A DNA stretch of 62,311 nt, filler included. It is 6 parts of 6 records of this genome, joined end to end, with 100 filler letters (N's around TTAATTAATTAA, not from the genome) between each part and the next. Parts side by side here need not be neighbours in the genome. Positions count along the whole stretch, not along the records: positions 43,780 to 50,546 come from SRR31156797_8628; positions 50,647 to 57,146 come from SRR31156797_8634; 4 more parts are not named here. One strand, given 5' to 3'. Position 1 is the first letter of the stretch. Each line of letters opens with the position of its first letter. Below are positions 43,780 to 52,000 of this stretch, one piece after another. Below the pieces are notes generated by a model. That model saw only the letters and a program-made list of their open reading frames with translations, was not told where the DNA came from and searched no databases. Both the position numbers and the translations under genes were made by a program.

Positions 43780-45249
43780 TGGAATTCCAACTTTTCCAAT
43801 ATCATGCATAGGACTAGCCTCTTTTAAAAGATTAGCTTCATTCTCATCTAAACCATATTTTATAGCAAGAATCTTTGAGTATTCTGCAACTCTTTTTACA
43901 TGATTTCCAGTCTCTTTTGACCTTGTTTCACCTATTGCACCCATTGTAAGAATAACTTCTTTTTGAGTGTCTTCTATCTCTTTATTAAGATTTTGTATCT
44001 CTTTTATATTTTTACTAATAGTATTAGTCATTGAATTAAATGATTTAGAAAGTTTTCCAAACTCATCATCAATTACAATAGGAAGTTTCGAAGAGAGGCC
44101 TTTTTTATTATTTCTTATTTTTTCTATATAATTAATGATAAAATCAAGGGGAAAGTTTATTCTATAAATCAAAGTACTTGCAGCTAAGAAAATTAAGAAT
44201 AAAGAGATAACACCCACTACAATAATCACACTAGTTGTAGTTTTTGATATAAAATCAGAGTGAGATAAAATATCTTCCTCTATCTTTTCTGAAATTTGAT
44301 TTAAATTTTTTATTTTTTCTACCAACTCAGTATTTGTTGTTGAGCGTTCCATCAATAAACTAGATAACTTCTCTTCTTCTCTAAGCATTTGTTCTTTTGC
44401 TGAGATAAAAAGAGTTAATAAATCTTTTATTCTATAAAACTCTTTATTTATATTATAAATATTATCTTCAAACCTTTTATCAAAATCTTTATACTCAAAT
44501 ACTTTGATTAGACTATTCTCAAAGAGACTTGTTATTTGTGCTAAACTATTTAATTTTATTGAACGAATTACATTTATATCATTTGTTGAGTAGATATTAG
44601 AGATTAAACCAAAGAATATATTTGCAGAACTATCTAAGTCCTTACTTATACTCATCACTCTCCCAAATTTATATAAAAAATCTAAATCAATATTTTCTTT
44701 ATTTTTTCTAGTATATCTTTTACTAAAAAGTGCTGCTTTTCCATAAAGACCTTCAGTTTCATTTATAATAGTTCGAATTGATTTATCAACTCTTTTTATA
44801 TAACTTTTTAACTCCTCTTTATAAAATAATACTACATACTTTTTAGAAAACACATCTTGTTCAGATATGATTAAACTAAGTAAATCATCTGAAACTTCAT
44901 CAAGCTTTTTATTATAACTTAATAACTCTTCCCCTTCTTTATGGATTAGACTAACACTATCTTTATCAATTAATTTACTTTCTAACAACTCAAGTTCTGT
45001 TAAATTCTTACTAATAATGATTTTATTTTCTAGATAGTTTATTTTTCTTATTATTGTTAATACATCTTGATTTTGTTTCTCTAAATCAAGTATATGTTTT
45101 AAAGTCTCTTGGTCATATTTAATTGTTGAAGACAGATAAGTCATTGTTACTGCAAAGGCTGATATTATAAGAGCCATTATAATAACCCCAAGTAAAACAA
45201 TATTCTTTATAGATAGATTTTTAGTTAGTTTTTGGAAAATCTTTATCAT
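43780..45249 (-). CDS. Membrane-bound HAMP + HD-GYP phosphodiesterase (3'-truncated)
   Basis: Two transmembrane segments, DEFGKLSKSFNSM HAMP, ETGNHVKRV...MHDIGKVGIP; runs into the gap. Confidence 0.88.
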
Positions 45250-45258
45250 AACTATGCC

Positions 45259-46416
45259 CTACTTTACTTCTATCTCTTTCCATGATACATTTTGAAGCTC
45301 ACCATTTTTTACTCTAGTTAGCCAAACTCTATTACTATATTGATGTTTTTCATTATTGAAACTTGATTTAAAACCTAAGCCAATATCAATATTTTCAACT
45401 TTTAATAACTGTTTTCTTATATTATTTCTATTTATTTCTTCAGGTTTTAACTCTTTTATCACTTCATAAAAAAGTTTTGCAACAATATAGCCTTCAAAAG
45501 ATATTAGATTTGTTTTTTCATTTGGATAAAGTTTTTTAAAATCCTCTTTATACTCTTTTACAATAGGTAGTTTTTCACTTAATAAAGGAACAACTTGAGT
45601 TGAGTAAACATCATCTTCATACTCTTCTAAACTATTTAAAATAGTTGAAATATTCATTGCTGAGATTAAAAAAAACTTTGCATTAGGAAAATCTTCTTTT
45701 GCATATTTTATAAATTTTGTAGTTGCTTTATTTACACCTACAACAATAAAAGCTTTAAAGTTTTTGTTATAGTCAAGTAGTTTACTTAAACCATATTCGA
45801 TATTTTCAGTTCCTTTGGTATATCGTTCATGAATTATATTATTTATACTTATATTTCTACTTCTAAATGCTTCTAAAACACCTAAATATCCACTATCACC
45901 GTAAGTGTCATTTTGAGTAAATACTGCAAGTTCATCTGACTTTATACCCTTATTAAAAAGATTGCTTACAATTTGACTAACTTCATTGTAATAGCCAACT
46001 CTATAGTTAAAACTAAAAGTATTTGTTTGAGGATCTCTTAATATCTTTCCTCCAGAATAAGGACCAATTAATGGGATTTTATTTTTATTTATAATAGGAA
46101 GAGTAACAGTTGCAGTTGGCGTACCAGTATTTCCAAGTAAGGTAACAACCTTGTCTTTATGAATTAATTTTTTTACATTTTGACTAGCTAAAACAGGGTT
46201 ATATTTATCATCATAGCTAATTAACTTATATTGAGTAGAAGAACTCTTATTTATCTTATTAAAGTAAGATTCTATGCCCATCTTCATATTATTACCTAAG
46301 TATGATATAGAACCTGAAAAATCTCCTGACATACCAATTCTAAGCTCATTTGAATATAGATTTAAAGTAATAAAAAATATTAATAAAATAGATTTTTTTT
46401 TCATAATTAATCTCAT
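45259..46416 (-). CDS. Periplasmic ligand-binding protein (branched-chain ABC SBP fold)
   Basis: Signal peptide, YDDKYNP, GNTGTPT, QNDTYG, TQVVP and SFEGY motifs. Confidence 0.88.
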   Translation of the reverse strand: MRLIMKKKSILLIFFITLNLYSNELRIGMSGDFSGSISYLGNNMKMGIESYFNKINKSSSTQYKLISYDDKYNPVLASQNVKKLIHKDKVVTLLGNTGTPTATVTLPIINKNKIPLIGPYSGGKILRDPQTNTFSFNYRVGYYNEVSQIVSNLFNKGIKSDELAVFTQNDTYGDSGYLGVLEAFRSRNISINNIIHERYTKGTENIEYGLSKLLDYNKNFKAFIVVGVNKATTKFIKYAKEDFPNAKFFLISAMNISTILNSLEEYEDDVYSTQVVPLLSEKLPIVKEYKEDFKKLYPNEKTNLISFEGYIVAKLFYEVIKELKPEEINRNNIRKQLLKVENIDIGLGFKSSFNNEKHQYSNRVWLTRVKNGELQNVSWKEIEVK

Positions 46417-46462
46417 AAATATTATTTATATAAATTGTAGCATAAATTTTTATATTTTCAAC

Positions 46463-46863
46463 CTATCTTCTTCTATAATTTAAGCTTTCTAAAATATGAT
46501 GCTTTTTTATATTTACTGAACTCTCCAAGTCTGCAATAGTTCTTGCAACTTTTAAAACTTTATTTATACTTCTAAATGATAAATTAAAACTGTTTGTTGC
46601 TCTATGTAAAATGGCTGTTGATTCTTCATCAAGAATACAAAATTTATTTACTTGCTTATCATTTAACTTTCCATTTAACTCATTTTGCCCTCTTAAGATT
46701 TGCATTTTAAAAGCTTCTATTACTTTCTCGTGCAAACTTTTTGAATCAACACTTGGTTTATCATTTATATTTGTTTCATTCATAATCACATATAAATCTA
46801 TTCTATCAAGGAAAGGTTCACTTAGTCTATTCTTATATCTTTTTATCTCTAACTCATTACATC
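46463..46863 (-). pseudogene. comM: 3' fragment of comM/yifB (Mg-chelatase-like ATPase) cut by a transposon
   Basis: Frame continues upstream of the track ORF as RCNELEIKRYKNRLSEPFLDRIDL, then LSFRSINKVLKVARTIADL...ESLNYR. Homology stops abruptly at the TGT transposon end at 46864. Confidence 0.9.
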
Positions 46864-46871
46864 TGTGACAT

Positions 46872-47001
46872 TTCCAATTAAAAACACTACAATTAAATCC
46901 TTTAATACAGGAGTTTTTTCAATTATGTTCAATTAAATATGCTACAAAAATGGCATAAATATATAATTTTAGATAAAAAGGTTAATTAAAAATGCTACAA
47001 T
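46872..47001 (+). repeat. Three putative TnsB-binding sites
   Basis: CAATTAAAAACACTACAAT (46875), CAATTAAATATGCTACAAA (46930) and TAATTAAAAATGCTACAAT (46983). Confidence 0.8.
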
Positions 47002-47024
47002 ATTACCTATTGAAAAGGTTAAAT

Positions 47025-47729
47025 ATGAAAATTTCTATGAAAAAAAGAAAAATAGGCTATACTTATGGCACCTCTTCTGGAGTATATTCATTTAGAAATG
47101 AAAAGAGCATCCAATATGAATCTCCACTAGAAAAAGATTTCATACAATTAATGGATAATAACAGTAATGTTACAGATATTGAAGGTCAACCTTTTACATT
47201 AAAAAATGAGAACTTTAAAGGGAATAAAGGAAACTATACTCCTGATTTTTTAGTACATTTTAAAACTTCATTGTATAGTAGTTTTGAAACTAAACCAATG
47301 CTAGTAGAAGTAAAACCCATCAATAATTTAATTAAAGATTGGAAAACTTTAAAACCTAAATTTAAAAATGCAATTAGATATTCAAAAAAGCAAAATTATC
47401 ATTTTAAAATCTTTACAGAAAATAGAATAAGAACACAAGAGTTTTATAATATAACCTTCATAAATAGATATAAAGACTATGATTATAATATCGATGATAT
47501 TGATGTAATACTAAATCATTTAAAAGTTATTGGTCAAACAACATTAGAGCATCTAATTACTCATTTATTTGTTACTGATTTTCAAAAGGGAAATGCTATA
47601 GGACTTGTTTGGCATTTAGTTTCATTAGATGTAATTAATTGTGATTTGTCAATGAAGCTAACTAATCATACTGTCCTTTGGCTCAATAGTGAAAAAGAAA
47701 AAAATTTAGGTATATTAAATGAAAATTAA
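47025..47729 (+). CDS. tnsA: TnsA endonuclease
   Basis: YESPLEKD, QP, YTPDFLV, LVEVKP and TE..IR motifs; ATG 47025 has an AAAGG RBS. Confidence 0.9.
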   Translation: MKISMKKRKIGYTYGTSSGVYSFRNEKSIQYESPLEKDFIQLMDNNSNVTDIEGQPFTLKNENFKGNKGNYTPDFLVHFKTSLYSSFETKPMLVEVKPINNLIKDWKTLKPKFKNAIRYSKKQNYHFKIFTENRIRTQEFYNITFINRYKDYDYNIDDIDVILNHLKVIGQTTLEHLITHLFVTDFQKGNAIGLVWHLVSLDVINCDLSMKLTNHTVLWLNSEKEKNLGILNEN

Positions 47730-49626
47730 AAATCTTAAAATTAATCGTAAAAAATTTAGTATTACTATTGATAATTACTATAAATATATTAATGATATAT
47801 TTAAGATTACTCAATTTATAGATTCAAATGAAGTAGTTGGTATTAATGTAAATACTAATGAAGTGAAAAGACTGTTAATTGAAACACTAAAACCTATTGA
47901 AGAAAAGGAAGTTATTAATCATAGCTTTTTTTATAAAGATATAGATGATTTAGCAGATAATGACTGGAAGACTATAAGTAAAAGAATGGAAGGTATTACT
48001 CCTATAATAAACGGTTCTACAAGAAAAGAGATTGAAGAGCATGCTAAGACAATTGGTGTTCACTATACAACATTATATCGTTGGTATAGAGGATATACAT
48101 CAATAGGTTCACCAATAGGTGTTTTAGGAAATAAAAGAGGAAGGAAAAAAGGTACTATTTTCATTGAAGAAGATATAGAGAAAATTATTCATGATGTAAT
48201 TGAAAATGAGTATCTTACTATCGAAAGACCAAGCATAAAATTTATAATTAATAAAATAAAAATTAGATGTTCAGAAAAAAATCTATCATTTCCAAGTAAT
48301 AATACAATTAGAAGTAGGATTAAACAATTATCTCAATATGAAATATTAAAAAAACAAGGGAATAAGGACAAAGCTAGAGATATTTATGGAGTTGCACCAA
48401 AGAAATATGAAGCATCTTATCCTTTACAAATTGTACAAATTGACCATACTAGAGTAGATTTAATGATTGTTGATGATGAATATAGAAAAGCTATCGATAG
48501 ACCATGGATTACATTAGCAATAGATATTTATTCAAGAATGATTGTAGGATATTATTTATCATTAGATGCACCAAGTGGAACATCAGTAGGAATGTGTATT
48601 GTAAATTCTATACTCCAAAAAAATAAACTATTATTAGATTTTGATATAGATGCTGAATGGAATGTCTGGGGGAAAATGGATCATATAGATACGGATAATG
48701 GAGCTGATTTTAGGTCACACTCTGTTGAAAGATCATGTTTAGCAAATGGTATTCACATTAAATTTAGACCAATAGGTAAAAAAGAGTATGGTGGTCATAT
48801 TGAAAGATTAATAGGTACTACAATGACTGAAGTTCATGATATTCCAGGAACTACATATTCAAATATCCAAGAAAGATTAAAATATGACTCAGAAGGAAGG
48901 GCATGTATGACTTTTTCTGATTTTGAGAAGTGGTTACTCCTATATATAACTAAAATTTACCAACATAATATTCATTCATCTTTAAATACAAGTCCTAGTC
49001 AAAAATTAAAAGAAGGAATTTTTGGAACAAAAGACAATGCAGGGACAGGATATCCACAAATTTCAAATGATCCAGTAAGCTTGACAATAGACTTTCTACC
49101 TACTATAAAACGAACCATTCAAAAAAATGGGGTTACAATTGATGGATTAAACTATTTTGATGTCGTTTTACGTAATAAAGTAAAAGGTTTAGAGAAGATG
49201 AAAACAAATATAAATTCTAAATCAGATGATAATAAATATATTTTCAAAAGAGATCCAAGAGACATCTCACATATATGGCTCTATGATGATATTCTACAAG
49301 AATATTTTTTAATTCCTCTTGCTAATCCTGAAATACCAAAAATGAGTTTATTTGAATTAAATGAAATAAAGAAAAATAAAAAACTTACTAAGAATGAAGT
49401 ATTAAATGAAAAACTAATTATTGATGGATATAAAGAACTTTACGAACATGTTAAAAATTCATTCAATAACTCAAAAAAACAAAGAAGATTTCAACAAAAA
49501 GTTAAAAATAATAGATTAAAATCATCCCTTAATACTTTTAAATCAACAGGAAAAAAAGTAGAAAACTTAAGTTTAAAAAATAAAGATGATAATTTATGGA
49601 ATGAAGAAATTCCAGATTTTGGATAG
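47719..49626 (+). CDS. tnsB: TnsB/TniA DDE transposase
   Basis: HTH (IGVHYTTLYRW), QIDHT, TDNGADF, GGHIERLIGT and Mu-like C-terminus RDPRDIS. Confidence 0.92.
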   Translation: MKIKNLKINRKKFSITIDNYYKYINDIFKITQFIDSNEVVGINVNTNEVKRLLIETLKPIEEKEVINHSFFYKDIDDLADNDWKTISKRMEGITPIINGSTRKEIEEHAKTIGVHYTTLYRWYRGYTSIGSPIGVLGNKRGRKKGTIFIEEDIEKIIHDVIENEYLTIERPSIKFIINKIKIRCSEKNLSFPSNNTIRSRIKQLSQYEILKKQGNKDKARDIYGVAPKKYEASYPLQIVQIDHTRVDLMIVDDEYRKAIDRPWITLAIDIYSRMIVGYYLSLDAPSGTSVGMCIVNSILQKNKLLLDFDIDAEWNVWGKMDHIDTDNGADFRSHSVERSCLANGIHIKFRPIGKKEYGGHIERLIGTTMTEVHDIPGTTYSNIQERLKYDSEGRACMTFSDFEKWLLLYITKIYQHNIHSSLNTSPSQKLKEGIFGTKDNAGTGYPQISNDPVSLTIDFLPTIKRTIQKNGVTIDGLNYFDVVLRNKVKGLEKMKTNINSKSDDNKYIFKRDPRDISHIWLYDDILQEYFLIPLANPEIPKMSLFELNEIKKNKKLTKNEVLNEKLIIDGYKELYEHVKNSFNNSKKQRRFQQKVKNNRLKSSLNTFKSTGKKVENLSLKNKDDNLWNEEIPDFG

Positions 49627-49634
49627 GAGAAATT

Positions 49635-50540
49635 ATGTCAAATAACTATAGCCATATACATAAAGATTTTTTACACTTAATGAAACTTTCAAAAAAAGAT
49701 AGAATAGCTGCACTTGATGAATCTTTTGTTATCCAATACCCAAAGGCAAATGAGATTATTCAGATAATGCTAAATTTAATGAATAAACCCAAAAAATACA
49801 GAATGCCAAACCTTTTAATAATTGGTGAACCAAATATGGGGAAGACTACAATTGCTAGAAAATTTTATGAAATGAATCCAAACAAAAAAATTGAAGATGA
49901 AAGGGGAGAAACACTAATTAAACCAGTTTTGTATGTTAATGTACAAGGACCTTCAGAAAAAGAATTTTATACTTCCATATTAGATCAATTTTGGGCTCCA
50001 TATAGAACAACACATCAAACTCTACAATTAAAACAACAAGCAATCCACCTTCTTAAAAAATGTAGTGTAAAAACTATTATTTTTGATGAGATACATAACA
50101 TATTGAATGGAACAGCAGGAAAACAAAGAGCAATCATGGATCAAATAAAAAATTTAAGCAATGAGCTAATGATACCAATGATTCTAATAGGAACTAAATC
50201 TGCGGCAATGGTTCTTTATACGGATATGCAACACGTTAGTCGTTTTGATGTAATAAAATTACAACCTTGGGAGTTAAATAATGATTTTAGAGGATTAATT
50301 AAAAGTTTTGAGAAAAGATTACCTTTAAAGAAAACATCTAATCTAACTACAAAAGAAAAAACAACTTTGCTATATGATATTTCACAAGGGAATTTGGGGA
50401 ATCTTCATAAAATACTTATAGAATGTGCAACATATGCTATAGAAAATGAATTAGAAGAGATTACTTTAGATGTAATAAAAAGATTTTTATTTATGAAAGA
50501 AAGTAAATCTACGAATCCTAAAGATTATGCTACCAGTTAA
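49635..50540 (+). CDS. tnsC: TnsC/TniB AAA+ ATPase
   Basis: RMPNLLIIGEPNMGKT Walker A, IIFDEIHN Walker B and QHVSRF. Confidence 0.92.
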   Translation: MSNNYSHIHKDFLHLMKLSKKDRIAALDESFVIQYPKANEIIQIMLNLMNKPKKYRMPNLLIIGEPNMGKTTIARKFYEMNPNKKIEDERGETLIKPVLYVNVQGPSEKEFYTSILDQFWAPYRTTHQTLQLKQQAIHLLKKCSVKTIIFDEIHNILNGTAGKQRAIMDQIKNLSNELMIPMILIGTKSAAMVLYTDMQHVSRFDVIKLQPWELNNDFRGLIKSFEKRLPLKKTSNLTTKEKTTLLYDISQGNLGNLHKILIECATYAIENELEEITLDVIKRFLFMKESKSTNPKDYATS

Positions 50541-50546
50541 TCTTAA

Positions 50547-50646
50547 NNNNNNNNNNNNNNNNNNNNNNNNNNNNNNNNNNNNNNNNNNNNTTAATTAATT
50601 AANNNNNNNNNNNNNNNNNNNNNNNNNNNNNNNNNNNNNNNNNNNN
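50547..50646. other. Artificial contig spacer
   Basis: 100-nt N run with TTAATTAATTAA. Confidence 0.98.
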
Positions 50647-50733
50647 ATCCGCATCGTTACACTGCTGGAAATACTCGGTGCTCTTTGCAGGTCTTAGAGT
50701 CCAATCTCCTCCGTTGCCATTTCCGTCGCCCAT
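50647..50733 (-). CDS. 5' fragment of a hypothetical protein
   Basis: AAGGAG RBS, then MGDGNGNGGDWTLRPAKSTEYFQQCNDAD running into the gap. Confidence 0.45.
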
Positions 50734-51279
50734 AATTCTCTCCTTCGACAGAATCGGTTGAATAATCAGCAAAATTGTTTTTGCCTCAAAAACAGGGCGA
50801 TTCTAAGGCAGGTATTTTTAGCGATTGCTTATTTCGTCTCGTAACATTCATATCGTATGAAACCATGCATACGCGGACTACTTCAGATATTTAAGCATTC
50901 ATCCCTGTCCAATTCCTAGACGTATTGATTACAATTAACGATCCACTCCTCTCTCTAAATCATATCTCCGACCCGAACGCGTCAATCAAACTTGCCGCTC
51001 CAACTGAACATTCGATCGCCCATCGTCTGCACCTAGATGTTTTTGTTTCCCGATGACAAAACAGGGCGAGGAATCCACGTATACAGCTAGCTCATTCCCG
51101 TACCCTCACCCCTCTCCATTCTATTGGCTCGATTCTTGTGGCGAGCGCGTCTGCATCAAGCAAAACGCACAGCCGCTCCAGTCTCTTTTTTCAAGATGCT
51201 GGACGACGACGTTAGGGCAGGCCAATATCCCGAGTGATCTTGCACGTCATCGAAACATTGCAAGCGACCGGAGGGGCCA

Positions 51280-51927
51280 ATGGCCAAGGCGCTCAACATA
51301 ATAAAAGCGTCAATACATAAGCCAAAGATAGAAACAATGGCGATCACGGAAGTCATTGATCGCATTGTGTCATTGAACCGTGGAATCAGTGAGTTTTGGT
51401 CTAAAAGTGATGGTTGGGCACCGGTTGAAGCAGCCGGTCTTCTAGGGAAATCGAGACTAGATTGGCAAGCATCAATGTCAGAGTCACTTCACCTATGGGT
51501 TCGCAAGCCAGCGAATGCTCTTACATCCGCCGAACTTATCTTGGCTTGGGTCAATCTGGGAACTTTAGTCGAAGGTACAATTAAGACACTGCTCTCAGTT
51601 TGGTATGATTCATACAAAGTGGACATAGAAAGCCTGAAGAAAGCCAATGCCTACAACAAAACCAAGCTCGTAGCATTCTCTCCTGATGGTCTTGGCTTGG
51701 AAAAGTTACGAACTTACTGCAAAGAACGAGGTTTGCTTGACCATGCCAGTAATGAATTTGTCTCACTAGTGCAGCAGCGGCGAAATGCCATACATGCATT
51801 CAAGGATCGTCCAATTGGAGATGGCAAAGAATTCCAGTGGGCGATCCGCCAATATCTTGAACTGCTTCGAATTGTGAACGCCAGGCTGCCCTATCCCGAT
51901 GGGATTTTTGAACCGCGCGAGTCATGA
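51280..51927 (+). CDS. Hypothetical protein with a HEPN-like RxxxxH motif
   Basis: All-helical; LGTLVEGTIK and QQRRNAIH motifs; GGAGG RBS. Confidence 0.6.
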   Translation: MAKALNIIKASIHKPKIETMAITEVIDRIVSLNRGISEFWSKSDGWAPVEAAGLLGKSRLDWQASMSESLHLWVRKPANALTSAELILAWVNLGTLVEGTIKTLLSVWYDSYKVDIESLKKANAYNKTKLVAFSPDGLGLEKLRTYCKERGLLDHASNEFVSLVQQRRNAIHAFKDRPIGDGKEFQWAIRQYLELLRIVNARLPYPDGIFEPRES

Positions 51928-52000
51928 GAGAGTATCCCTGACCTGAACGCTACGTTCCTACTGTGACTGGAGAAATTTCAGGTCCCAGGTCAGTGGCCGA

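Larger units (their letters stand above)
46864..50546 (+). mobile_element. Tn7-like (Tn6022/TniAB-type) transposon, one end plus core genes
   Basis: TGTGACAT terminus, three repeated sites and tnsA-tnsB-tnsC; truncated by the gap. Confidence 0.88.

Noticed and set aside
46875-47001. Three spaced repeats as a mini CRISPR array
   Set aside because: The repeats are only about 19 bp, degenerate, and sit directly inside a TGT transposon terminus, which fits TnsB sites better.
46992-47024. Track start of tnsA at 46992
   Set aside because: That ATG lies inside the third TnsB site; ATG 47025 has a better RBS.
46864-50546. CRISPR-associated transposon (CAST) call
   Set aside because: No cas genes or repeat-spacer array are visible; the element is truncated before its targeting module.
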